64,000 bases of DNA from the NCBI GenBank assembly GCA_963803145.1, contig CAWDLW010000042.1:47342-111341 (forward strand), written 5' to 3'. Below, piece after piece: positions 10,070 through 19,795 of the stretch. The stretch is from Methanotrichaceae archaeon. GTDB taxonomy: Archaea > Halobacteriota > Methanosarcinia > Methanotrichales > Methanotrichaceae. Below the pieces are notes generated by a model. It made no database searches, had not been told where the DNA came from, and worked only from the letters and a program-made list of their open reading frames with translations. How positions within the stretch are numbered: position 1 is the stretch's first letter; each line of letters opens with the position of its first letter. The translations under genes were made by a program, and so were the position numbers.

Positions 10070-10747
10070 CTATAAACCTGGATATACCGTTAACCCCTTA
10101 ACTGATATATCTACCGCGTTCTTCCCCAGATGGTGAGATGTGCCGCACATCTTTAGAACCTCAATGGACCTTCTCCTTACCATATTGACTTCGGCGTTCT
10201 GCAGAAGTATTATTCCATCTGCCGCCCTCGCCATCTCAATAGGATAAGGTGTGCCTGGCATTGAATCGCCTGTGATCAATGCAACAGCCTTGTGCTCCTT
10301 AATAATGGTCGAGAGCTTAAGAAGAAATCGTCTGAAATCCCCTTCGAGAGCCACCTCTATGACCGAGAGGCTGTCGATCACCACACGTCTACATTGAAAT
10401 CTCTCCAAATCCGATTGGATCGAATATAACATATCATCGGCGCTTCTCACAGACTCGATTACTTTTTCCAGGTCGATATATTTTATCTCTTTTCCAAAAT
10501 ACCTCTTCTCAACAAACTCGTAAGTTGAGATGAATTTAATTACCCATTCGGGCGGCCCTCCGTAGGTCATGAAGTAGAGCCCTGACTCGCCAAGCTCTGC
10601 ACCTCTGCATAGGAACTGGTTGCAAAGGGTTGTCTTACCTGAGCCCACATCTCCTGCGAGCAGTATCAGGGATGGCACAGGAAGGCCGCCCTCAATCATC
10701 TCGTCTAGCCCTGAAACCCCTGTAGATACTCTTTCAATCAAGCCCAT
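10070..10747 (-). CDS. Single-domain KaiC/RAD55-like RecA-superfamily ATPase
   Basis: STGVSGLDEMIEGG, Walker A GDVGSGKT, Walker B RVVIDS, ADGIILL, RSIEVLKM. Confidence 0.9.
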   Translation of the reverse strand: MGLIERVSTGVSGLDEMIEGGLPVPSLILLAGDVGSGKTTLCNQFLCRGAELGESGLYFMTYGGPPEWVIKFISTYEFVEKRYFGKEIKYIDLEKVIESVRSADDMLYSIQSDLERFQCRRVVIDSLSVIEVALEGDFRRFLLKLSTIIKEHKAVALITGDSMPGTPYPIEMARAADGIILLQNAEVNMVRRRSIEVLKMCGTSHHLGKNAVDISVKGLTVYPGL

Positions 10748-10918
10748 GCTATGCCGTCCCTACCCAATTTACTGACCAAATTGCCCTGCCTCTCTAAAAA
10801 AAGGTCGAGCTGATTAGTGGCTGATTGAAATTTATTGTATCTTATCTTATTTGTTTTTTTGTACACATCGCCAGACTGCTTTTATATAAGGAGACCCTTC
10901 TTGAAAGGGTGAGATAAA

Positions 10919-12223
10919 TTGATCCTGAGAACTCATTACTCAAGCGATATAACCCCGGATATGAATGGAGCTGAAGTATCTCTAGCGGGTTGGGCACATG
11001 AGGTACGCGATCTTGGCGGAGTATGTTTCCTTGTGCTGCGCGATCGTACAGGCATTGCACAAGTTACCCTTGTCAAAAAGATGGTTGATAGGGCACTGTT
11101 CAATATGGTCCGATCCCTGAGCCGAGAGAGCGTTGTTACTGTGAAAGGAACCGTGAAGGCTGAACCCAAGGCCCCCAGGGGCTTTGAGATAATTCCATCG
11201 GAAATCAAAATCCTGAGCACCGCAGAGGTTCCCCTGCCTCTTGATACGACAGGTAAAGTAGACTGCGAACTTGATACGCGCCTTGACTCGCGCTTTATGG
11301 ATATAAGAAGACCCTGCATACTTGCCGGCTTCGAGATTGAGAGCGCTGTTCTTAGAAGCATCAGGGATTACTTCTATAGTCAAGGGATTACTGAGGTCTT
11401 CACGCCCAAGATTGTTGCAGCTGCGACTGAAGGTGGAACAGATCTGTTTCCCATAAGCTACTTCGAGCGCGAAGCATTCCTCAACCAGAGCCCTCAGCTT
11501 TACAAGCAGATGCTTATGGCAGCTGGAATGGACAGGGTGTTTGAGATAGGACCCATCTTCAGGGCTGAGGAACACGATACTCGAAGGCACCTGAATGAGG
11601 CAATATCTATAGACATCGAGGTCAGCTTGTCGGATGATAAGGATGTTATGAATCTGCTTGAAGGTGCAATTGTCAGAGCCTATAGATATGTAACAGAAAA
11701 CTGCAAACGCCAATTGGGCGTGCTTGGCTTGGATCTTGAGGTTCCGAAGACTCCTTTCAGAAGAATAACCTATACGGAGGCACTTGAGCTGGCCCGCGAA
11801 AAAGGCAATGTTCAGATGCAGTGGGGCGATGATCTGGATACAGAGACCGAGAGGTTACTTGGCAAAACCATAGGAGAGCATTACTTCCTGACAGATTGGC
11901 CTTCGTCAATAAAGCCGTATTATACACTGCCTTATGAGGATAAACCTGAGGTCTGCAGAGGCTTTGATCTGATGCACCCCAGGATGGAGCTTGCGAGCGG
12001 TGCACAGAGGGTACATGATTATGATCTCCTTGTGAAAAGGATAAAGGAGAAGGGGCTAGATCCTGCTGGCTTTGAGTTTTACCTGAGAGCCTTTAGGTAT
12101 GGCATGCCTCCGCATGCTGGCTGGGGTTTGGGATTAAGCAGACTTGTTATGACGATGCTCAACTTGGAGAACATTCGGGATGCTGTGATCTTCCCAAGGG
12201 ACCGGATGCGGCTAGTTCCTTAA
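10919..12223 (+). CDS. aspS: Aspartate--tRNA(Asp/Asn) ligase, archaeal type
   Basis: [55 protein letters not shown]. Confidence 0.96.
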   Translation: MILRTHYSSDITPDMNGAEVSLAGWAHEVRDLGGVCFLVLRDRTGIAQVTLVKKMVDRALFNMVRSLSRESVVTVKGTVKAEPKAPRGFEIIPSEIKILSTAEVPLPLDTTGKVDCELDTRLDSRFMDIRRPCILAGFEIESAVLRSIRDYFYSQGITEVFTPKIVAAATEGGTDLFPISYFEREAFLNQSPQLYKQMLMAAGMDRVFEIGPIFRAEEHDTRRHLNEAISIDIEVSLSDDKDVMNLLEGAIVRAYRYVTENCKRQLGVLGLDLEVPKTPFRRITYTEALELAREKGNVQMQWGDDLDTETERLLGKTIGEHYFLTDWPSSIKPYYTLPYEDKPEVCRGFDLMHPRMELASGAQRVHDYDLLVKRIKEKGLDPAGFEFYLRAFRYGMPPHAGWGLGLSRLVMTMLNLENIRDAVIFPRDRMRLVP

Positions 12224-12377
12224 GTGAGAGGGCATATTTCCTCTCTCGACACTTTTATTATCATACCGCCTTAATAAATATATCCAATATAAGAATGATT
12301 CAAATAAGCCTTTTGTTATTCGTTTTAAGATTAACTTTATATAATTGCTCATTCAAAAGAAAACCGGGTTCAGTGTA

Positions 12378-12797
12378 ATGGTGAATAATAGCGTTAGCTT
12401 TAGCCATCTACGAATACTTCTTGCCGAAGATGACGCGACAACCAGAAAGGTCATTCTGCTGATGCTCGAGCGCTTAGGATATAAGGCGGATGTAGCTCTA
12501 AATGGTCTTGAAGTTTTACAGGCACTTGAAATGAAGCCATACGACCTAGTGCTCATGGATATAGTGATGCCCAAAATGGATGGACTTGAGGCGGCCAGCA
12601 AGATCCGTAAGCGTTGGAAGGATTGGCCGAAGATAATTGCATTCACAGCATATCTGCTTCCCGATATAATGGAAAAGTGTACCGAGGCTGGTATGGATGG
12701 TTACCTTGCGAAGCCTGTACGCCTAAATGAGATGCAGGCTGTGCTCAAGCACTTTGATTTCATTACGGCAGCTAAAAATTCAGTGCCGCCACAGTAG
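12378..12797 (+). CDS. Stand-alone response regulator receiver protein
   Basis: ILLAEDD, DLVLMDIVMPKMDG, IIAFTA, GMDGYLAKP; start uncertain (12345 or 12378). Confidence 0.88.
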   Translation: MVNNSVSFSHLRILLAEDDATTRKVILLMLERLGYKADVALNGLEVLQALEMKPYDLVLMDIVMPKMDGLEAASKIRKRWKDWPKIIAFTAYLLPDIMEKCTEAGMDGYLAKPVRLNEMQAVLKHFDFITAAKNSVPPQ

Positions 12798-13027
12798 TAT
12801 ACCTTTTCGTTAACTTACTTTAAAATATAAGAATAATGGCTATATCAGGTTTTATTAATGTACGCTATTTTTTGTAATATTAAAGCCTCTGATACATGAA
12901 CGTAACATATGAAAATTATTCATCCTGAAGAGCACTATCAGGCTCTTTTAACCTGTAAATGATTTCTATTATCCAAAAGAGCTTTGAACGTTGGGAAATA
13001 TAATTTAATTTCTGCGGTGAGATTAAG

Positions 13028-14275
13028 TTGAAGATTATCTGCGCCTACAATGTGAACTTAGATGCCGTACACAGCATAAACGGAAACGAGATATCCGAGC
13101 TGATCAGCCGCATGGGTGTAAAGCCAACGCTCGCGCTTCCAGAGATCATATCAAGTATGGATGATTTTTTCTCGGGGCTTCTTTTCTGTATGAAAACAGG
13201 ATCGGGAACTGAGCTGCTCATCGATAATCCCGAGGTTGCAGGCATAATCAAAGGCATATTCACATGGACTGATCGGCTCGGAGGAAATGCAGGCAACATG
13301 GCGAATGCAATGGCTGCCCAGGGAGCTGAGCCTGTTCTAAATGTTCCTGCGCTCACAAAAAAGCTGTCGTCTCTGCTGGATCCGAATATTAAAGTTCCGA
13401 AGAAAGGTGAGCTTGTTTCTCCGGTCGAGGCAATTAGGGATGATGAGGGTCCTGTTCACTTCGTTCTTCAGTTCGAAAAGGGTGCGGCTGCTAGCGTTTC
13501 TAGCGAAAAGATTGCCTCCCCAAGGGAGAACAGGCTTATAGCGACCTACGATGAGCTGAACGGAAGGATCTATACCGATCCTGATTTCGATGCTTACTGT
13601 AGAGATAATATTGATAAAGTGGAGGGAGCCTTGGTTGGGGGTTTCCATCTCGTGCCTTTATCGGATTATAGGAAGCTTCTTGATAGAAGGATCGATCAAA
13701 TCGGCTCTTGGAAGGAGAGCAAGCCGGATTTATTCATCCATGCTGAGATGGGGAACTTCCAGAGGCCTGAGGCAATGATGTATCTGCTGGGACGCCTCAA
13801 GTCCGATAGCGTGGGAATGAATGAGGATGAGCTGGCGACGATTTACAGCTTCGTGCCCGGCTGGAGAGGTGTTCTTGGCGCTGTACAGGGTCTGCGCTCA
13901 AAGTTCAAATTTGCAAGGATCTGCGTCCACACTAGGGATTACATACTAAGCGTAATTCATGATATACTCAGTCCTGATGAGGAAGTAGAGTCTCTGGCCT
14001 ACGGGGCAGATGTAGCTGCAACGCTTGCTGCTACTGGAATAGTTATGAAGCCGTTATCAGGCAAGATAAATCCCATTGGGGCATCAATTGTTGAGGAGTT
14101 TTGCCGGTCTGGCGCAAAGCGGTCAGGCCGAGGAGCGTATTTACAATCAAATGATGATAATATCTGCATAGTTCCATCTCAATCTGTGATGCACCCCAGG
14201 ATAACCGTCGGTCTGGGGGATGTTATGACAGCCTCGGTCTTTTACCGCGAGGCTCTATCGCGACAGAATCATTAA
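13028..14275 (+). CDS. ADP-dependent phosphofructokinase/glucokinase
   Basis: AYNVNLDA, RLGGNAGNMAN, SVGMNEDEL, RITVGLGD. Confidence 0.9.
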   Translation: MKIICAYNVNLDAVHSINGNEISELISRMGVKPTLALPEIISSMDDFFSGLLFCMKTGSGTELLIDNPEVAGIIKGIFTWTDRLGGNAGNMANAMAAQGAEPVLNVPALTKKLSSLLDPNIKVPKKGELVSPVEAIRDDEGPVHFVLQFEKGAAASVSSEKIASPRENRLIATYDELNGRIYTDPDFDAYCRDNIDKVEGALVGGFHLVPLSDYRKLLDRRIDQIGSWKESKPDLFIHAEMGNFQRPEAMMYLLGRLKSDSVGMNEDELATIYSFVPGWRGVLGAVQGLRSKFKFARICVHTRDYILSVIHDILSPDEEVESLAYGADVAATLAATGIVMKPLSGKINPIGASIVEEFCRSGAKRSGRGAYLQSNDDNICIVPSQSVMHPRITVGLGDVMTASVFYREALSRQNH

Positions 14276-14297
14276 CCAAGAGATAGATGCGCCAGGT

Positions 14298-15134
14298 ATG
14301 AATAAGCTGGATTATACTATATTGATATTATTGGTAATATCCCTTCTTATGCCGGCCTACACCTCCGAGAGTGCATGGACTGAGGTGCCATGGAATGATA
14401 ATTCCTCGATAACCAAAGGCCAGGATTCGATTCTTCCGAATCTACTACCCTTTGATATCTCAGGCGAAGAGCCCCAGGCATTCTATCTTGGGAGCGAAGA
14501 GGTTCCATATTCAGAGTACACTTCCCATGCCAGATCCAGCGAGCTGTGGGTCAGGGATAATGCCATAGTTAAAACTGGGAATAATACCAGTAGCAACGCA
14601 ATATGGAAGCAATACATTCAGATACATCAGGGCGATAGGGTTGATCTTGTTGCCTATATGCCAAGGGAAGGCCACGCAGATATCTACAGGATTTCCTACA
14701 GCAAAGGCATTACTTCCCATAAAGGGTATGACCTTTTTTCTGGCTATTATAATATGATGATTGATGTTGATGAGATCGGCAGGATCTTCCTCCTTCTAGT
14801 TTCAGATAACCACCCAAGCGCCGTGATGCTGGATGTTCTGCCTGCGGTAGAGAAACCATCCAGTGTACCGGTTGATGTAAGGGCATCGCTGCCCGGAAAA
14901 GCAAAGATAACCGTAGAATCTGAAAAAGTGAAGGGCTATGACGTATACGTCGATGGTGCATTCTACAGCAGCGATATGGCCGATGACACAATGGATGGCA
15001 TATCGACCTTCTACTTGGAGGGAGATAGGATGTATACGATAACCATCTCGAAAAGAGATATCACAGGCGCCGTCTACAAGAACGATTATAGAAGAAGCTT
15101 TAAGGGAGGAAATGCCTATATCCTGAGGATATAG
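14298..15134 (+). CDS. Secreted hypothetical protein
   Basis: Signal-peptide-like N-terminus; C-terminal beta domain (GYDVYVDG). Confidence 0.65.
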   Translation: MNKLDYTILILLVISLLMPAYTSESAWTEVPWNDNSSITKGQDSILPNLLPFDISGEEPQAFYLGSEEVPYSEYTSHARSSELWVRDNAIVKTGNNTSSNAIWKQYIQIHQGDRVDLVAYMPREGHADIYRISYSKGITSHKGYDLFSGYYNMMIDVDEIGRIFLLLVSDNHPSAVMLDVLPAVEKPSSVPVDVRASLPGKAKITVESEKVKGYDVYVDGAFYSSDMADDTMDGISTFYLEGDRMYTITISKRDITGAVYKNDYRRSFKGGNAYILRI

Positions 15135-15167
15135 GCTTCAGTTATTATTATGACGAACTAACTGGTT

Positions 15168-15662
15168 TCAACGAACAGAGCCGAGAACGATTTTTCCTCC
15201 GGGCCCGCTATTGGATCTGCCCTTTGTGCCCATTACAAATGCGAAGTCGGTAGTAGTGCCCGTATTCTTGCCATCTGGTATTCTGGACCATGTGAAGTCG
15301 TTATGGCTTATATCGCTAAAGGAAGGTGTCTTATCAACTAAATTGCCGGCACTATCCGTGAGGGATACAGTTCCGTTTATGCTCTGGTCCCATCTAGGGT
15401 CGCCCTCTGCGACATAGAATCCCTTAGGGTCAATTGACCCTTTTAGTCCGATCGGCCCTGTCCAGGGTCCATCTATGATCGTAACCGTCCAGCCTGTGAG
15501 GTCTACCGCCGCATCGCCTGTGTTATAAAGCTCCACCCATTTGGTGCCGTTATCAGGAGGGCTCAGCTCCACCTCATTAACAACCACAGCGCAAAGTCCA
15601 AGGCTGCCTGCCAAAAGTACAACAAGCGATGCCAGAAGCATCTTTTTAATGATTGAACTCAT
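15168..15662 (-). CDS. Secreted lamin-tail-domain protein
   Basis: VVVNEVELSP, WVELYNTG..AVDLTGWT, SRIPDG; signal peptide. Confidence 0.85.
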   Translation of the reverse strand: MSSIIKKMLLASLVVLLAGSLGLCAVVVNEVELSPPDNGTKWVELYNTGDAAVDLTGWTVTIIDGPWTGPIGLKGSIDPKGFYVAEGDPRWDQSINGTVSLTDSAGNLVDKTPSFSDISHNDFTWSRIPDGKNTGTTTDFAFVMGTKGRSNSGPGGKIVLGSVR

Positions 15663-15736
15663 ATGAACTCCACTCCTTGCGAATATCGATATCTTTTGCT
15701 AACGCAATATAGATCTTTTCTGAAGCAGATCTTTGC

Positions 15737-16210
15737 TTAAACCTGATTTGATCTGCCCTTGGTAGCATAGGCGAATCCCCAATCACCGTTAGTATTTGTG
15801 TTATGCCCATCGGGATTTCTTCCCCACGTGAGGTCATTATGGAGAGGATCCGTCCTATAAGGGGTCTTATCAATAATAGCCCCAGATTCCGAGTAAAGGG
15901 TTACAAAGCCGCCGTTGTCGTGATTCCACTGCTGGTTGCCGTTCAGAACGTAAAATCCGTTTGGAGGAATTATCGTTCCCGCAGGCACTATCATCTTGCC
16001 GACCCAGCCGCCATCGGTTATTGTGGCGCTCCAATTGCTTATATCAACGCTATCGTTGCCGCTGTTGTAAAGCTCAACCCAATTCAATCCGCCATCAGGC
16101 GGATTCAGTTCCATTTCATTTACAACCACACTACCAGTGGCGGTTGCTGCGAGTGCCATAACGAATAGCAGATAGTAAATAGCCAGTGATTTTATCCTCA
16201 AGCAAAGCAC
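15737..16210 (-). CDS. Secreted lamin-tail-domain protein (tandem paralog)
   Basis: VVVNEMELNP, WVELYNSG..VDISNW, GRNPDG; start uncertain. Confidence 0.85.
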   Translation of the reverse strand: MLCLRIKSLAIYYLLFVMALAATATGSVVVNEMELNPPDGGLNWVELYNSGNDSVDISNWSATITDGGWVGKMIVPAGTIIPPNGFYVLNGNQQWNHDNGGFVTLYSESGAIIDKTPYRTDPLHNDLTWGRNPDGHNTNTNGDWGFAYATKGRSNQV

Positions 16211-16408
16211 CTTTCCAACTTTGAACGTTATTCAGATCTTGAACGTTTTGGAGTTTGAATGCATTTCAGAGCCTGTATTCTAGTATATTACAATATCGAG
16301 GCATCTGTTAGAGATCGATCCATAGAGGGCTATATAAGCAACCAAAAATTAATTAATCCTAAGAACGGTCCTAACTAAATATAGACTTAGATATTAAGGG
16401 AGGTAGAG

Positions 16409-17149
16409 ATGATCACATACTACAAAAGGGGCAGCCCAGTGGCGCTCTCTAAGTTGCTCTTTGTATTTTTTATATGCCTTGCGACGGCCCAATGTCAAGG
16501 TGCCAGTCCGGCATGCCATAGTATGGATATCGGAAATTATGCAAATGTGAGCTTTTGTATACCTGCAGAGGCATCCGTGGTTCCAGGGACCTTAACAGAA
16601 GACAACTACTCTCAGGGTGAAGACGTGATAATGAGTCTGTTGCTGAACGGTAGCAAAGTAGGTCTGCATTTGCTTTATCCCTGTGAGATAAAAGAAGGTC
16701 TCACGCCATCAGGGCTTCGCGAGAGCGTGAATGCATTCGATCCAGAAATGGCTCAGGCCAATTATAACTTGACGCCAATGAACATCTCCGGCCAAAAGGC
16801 ACTTTGGGCCGTGCTGGATAACATGACATTTGTGGTCTATCAGCCTGCAAATAACACTGTGGCAATCATATTCTTCGATGAAGATATGCCTTACCTAATG
16901 AAGTTAAGCTTCCTAGAATCGTTGAGGATAAATATAGGCAGTGAGTTGCCTGAGAGATACTGCTCTCCATCTAAGGCTGAGTTTTCCCCAGTGGAAAAGG
17001 TAGGAAGCAATAGTATCTTTAACAACAGCACCGATAAAGAGTTCGGTCAGGATATGGAGGCAATGCTCACTGGACAAAAGATATCGCAGGAAGCCCTTAT
17101 GGCCGATCAGCAGGTCAACAAGGAAGAGGCTGAAACTGCCCAAAAATAG
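16409..17149 (+). CDS. Secreted hypothetical protein
   Basis: GGAGG RBS before ATG; hydrophobic signal segment. Confidence 0.6.
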   Translation: MITYYKRGSPVALSKLLFVFFICLATAQCQGASPACHSMDIGNYANVSFCIPAEASVVPGTLTEDNYSQGEDVIMSLLLNGSKVGLHLLYPCEIKEGLTPSGLRESVNAFDPEMAQANYNLTPMNISGQKALWAVLDNMTFVVYQPANNTVAIIFFDEDMPYLMKLSFLESLRINIGSELPERYCSPSKAEFSPVEKVGSNSIFNNSTDKEFGQDMEAMLTGQKISQEALMADQQVNKEEAETAQK

Positions 17150-17228
17150 ATTCATGGTTAGAGGTCACAAGAGATCGATATTTGCAATATAAAACCAGGC
17201 CGCTATAAAAGAAATTGCAAAGGAAGGA

Positions 17229-18443
17229 CTATGCTCCTCGCAGATCCTCCCTTTGAGTAATATTTCTGATCTCCTGTCTTAGCTCTTCTGGAAGACCCTT
17301 TATCTCCACATCCAGGAAGCCTCTGACTATTACACTAGTAGCCTCCTCAGATGAAAGCCCTCTTGCCATGAGATACTCGAGTTCCTCCTCAGAGATCCTT
17401 CCAACGGCCGCCTCATGGGACATATCCAGGTCCTTGGCTCTTCCATCAAGCTCTGGTATAGAGTAGATGCGGCCCTTTTCAGATAGAAGCAATCCAACAC
17501 ATTCCAAATGCGCTCTCGCGCCGGGAACCATGCCGGTCATCCTGCCTCGAGCTATAACCTCGCCGCCAACTGAGACTACACGCGAGATGGATTCGGAGCT
17601 TGTTTCGGGTGCATTGAGAATTACATTGCTTCCCACATCGATATTTCCCATACTGGAGTAGATTACGGTGTTGAAGCTGGCCACGGCTCCCCGTCCGGCG
17701 AGGGTGGCTGTTGGGAATGTCTGAAGCGTCTTCACCGGTCTTAGACAAATGTAGTTATTCGAAAGAGAGCCTCCCTCATCGATGTATATTCCAGTCCTCG
17801 GCCTCACCTCGACCTCCTTACCCCAGCTATGAATCATTGTAAAGCTAACGTGCGCTCCCTTCTTGATGAAGAACTCCGAGACTCCGATATGTAGGCCGCG
17901 TTGAACATGCGATGGGGTTGTACAGCCGGTTATGACATGCAGCTCTGATCCTTCCTCTGCTATAATGATGTTATGGACGCGTTGGTTTAGGTTGGTTGTG
18001 CCCAAGTACAGACAGCTCTTGACTGGAAAAACTGTTTTAGTGCCCTTCTTGGCACGGATGAAGTACCCAGCAGGCGGCGATCTTGCCACGTCTGCAACAT
18101 ATTTGTCTGCATCTGGGCTTACGAGCTTCCACCAGTAATCCTTAAGGCCGTCATATTTTTTTAGTGCAGTGGCAGTATCCAGGATCTCCACACCTTCGAA
18201 GAGGGATTTGGCGATAACAGGCGTCTGGTCCATCTGAACGAATGCTCCCGATTCTTCAGAATCAAGTTTGACACCTACGTCGAGCGCGGCCTTCTTAACC
18301 TCCGATGGAAGATCCTCAGGGCCCTCAACAACTGCGTGAGGCTTTGCCTCGGATTCATAGCTCTCCAGAGATACATCTGGGCCGTACATCGCCTTCTTTT
18401 CGCGTGCTTTCTGAGCTCTCTCCTCTATGTCGGACACAGGCAT
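17229..18443 (-). CDS. SufB/SufD-family Fe-S scaffold (SmsB-like)
   Basis: QRVHNIIIAEEGSELHVITGCT, AHLECVGLLL, SHEAAVGRI, YLMARGL. Confidence 0.92.
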   Translation of the reverse strand: MPVSDIEERAQKAREKKAMYGPDVSLESYESEAKPHAVVEGPEDLPSEVKKAALDVGVKLDSEESGAFVQMDQTPVIAKSLFEGVEILDTATALKKYDGLKDYWWKLVSPDADKYVADVARSPPAGYFIRAKKGTKTVFPVKSCLYLGTTNLNQRVHNIIIAEEGSELHVITGCTTPSHVQRGLHIGVSEFFIKKGAHVSFTMIHSWGKEVEVRPRTGIYIDEGGSLSNNYICLRPVKTLQTFPTATLAGRGAVASFNTVIYSSMGNIDVGSNVILNAPETSSESISRVVSVGGEVIARGRMTGMVPGARAHLECVGLLLSEKGRIYSIPELDGRAKDLDMSHEAAVGRISEEELEYLMARGLSSEEATSVIVRGFLDVEIKGLPEELRQEIRNITQREDLRGA

Positions 18444-19153
18444 GCTACACACCCCTCATATCCACTCTTCTTTATCTGCTGTAAAATCTCTGTCGGGTTT
18501 CCACTGCAAACTATTGTTCCACCAAGCATCACATGCGCCCTGTCTGTCTTAGTGTAGTCGAGGATATGGCCGAAATGCGTTATGATTATCCCCGATTTAG
18601 CCCTCAAGCTCGGTCTCTGATCTTTCTGAGTCAGTTGGTCTATGGCATTGCCAATGAGCTTTATATTCTCCAAATCTACACCGGAGTCAGGCTCATCAAG
18701 CATAACGAAATCAGGCTGCTGCGCCAAAAGCTGAACCATCTCGGACCTTTTCACCTCTCCGCCAGAGAAGCCGCGGTTGACATCACGATCTGCGAACGTC
18801 TCAAAGTCCATCTCTTTTAGAATGGCTTTTAAATCAGCTTTGGGATTGATGATCTTAATAAGATCCTTGAGCTTCAGGCCGCGTATTGCAGGAGGACGCT
18901 GGAAGGCCATGCCAATACCAAGCCTCGCCCTCTCATCCATTGACTTATGGGTTATATCTACTCCTTTGAAAACGATCCTCCCGCTATCAACAACATACCT
19001 AGGAATGCCGGCGATGGCATTCAGAAGCGTCGTCTTGCCCGTCCCATTTGGCCCAAAGAGTGCGTGGGTCTCGCCTCGGCCTATTCTTAAGTTGACATCT
19101 TTGAGAACTTGTTTTCCACCGATGCTGACAGATAGATCCTCAATCTCAAGCAG
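18425..19153 (-). CDS. sufC: SufC-like ABC ATPase (SmsC-like)
   Basis: [31 protein letters not shown]-terminal GCVAC; start uncertain (ORF track 19198). Confidence 0.9.
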   Translation of the reverse strand: MLEIEDLSVSIGGKQVLKDVNLRIGRGETHALFGPNGTGKTTLLNAIAGIPRYVVDSGRIVFKGVDITHKSMDERARLGIGMAFQRPPAIRGLKLKDLIKIINPKADLKAILKEMDFETFADRDVNRGFSGGEVKRSEMVQLLAQQPDFVMLDEPDSGVDLENIKLIGNAIDQLTQKDQRPSLRAKSGIIITHFGHILDYTKTDRAHVMLGGTIVCSGNPTEILQQIKKSGYEGCVACLCPT

Positions 19154-19252
19154 CCATACCACCTCCAAATCAACAATAATGGTCGGGCCTGTAAACATAA
19201 TATACTTTTGGGAGCGGAAGATCCAAATAAAGAGGCAGTGAATCTCTGCTGC

Positions 19253-19747
19253 ATGATCAAGGGTCGGGCGTGGGTCTTTGGAGATGATGTGGACACTGAT
19301 GTCATAATTCCTGGCAAATATCTGAGGACCAAAGATCTCTCAACTTTAGCAGAGCATGTCATGGAAGGGCTGGACCCGCAGTTTGCCTCGAAGGTCAGAA
19401 AGGGCGATGTGGTAGTGGCCGGACGCAACTTCGGCTGCGGATCATCGCGAGAACAAGCGCCTCTGGCTCTCAAGGAGGCTGGCGTTTCGGTAGTAGTTGC
19501 AAAATCGTTCGCAAGGATATTTTATAGAAATGCAATAAACATTGGCCTGCCGCTTGTCGAGGCCAATGTGAGCTGTTCAGAAGGGGACGAGATTGAGATA
19601 GATCTCGCAATAGGAACCGTCAGGGTTGGAGATTCAACCATCCAGGGAACAAAGCTTCCGGATTTTCTGCTCAAAATACTTCAGGACGGTGGGCTAGTGG
19701 CTCATAGAAGAAAGCAAATGCATGACCCAAGCATAACGCTTGACTAA
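19253..19747 (+). CDS. hacB: Homoaconitase/isopropylmalate isomerase small subunit
   Basis: [46 protein letters not shown]; YLRT loop typical of methanogen homoaconitase small subunits. Confidence 0.8.
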   Translation: MIKGRAWVFGDDVDTDVIIPGKYLRTKDLSTLAEHVMEGLDPQFASKVRKGDVVVAGRNFGCGSSREQAPLALKEAGVSVVVAKSFARIFYRNAINIGLPLVEANVSCSEGDEIEIDLAIGTVRVGDSTIQGTKLPDFLLKILQDGGLVAHRRKQMHDPSITLD

Positions 19748-19795
19748 TCAACGTAGGACTAACTAATGTAGGACTGACATAAGGCAGAAATTACC

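Noticed and set aside
19750-19780. Tandem gtaggact motif between hacB and the next gene
   Set aside because: Only two short copies; cannot be told from a slippage duplication.
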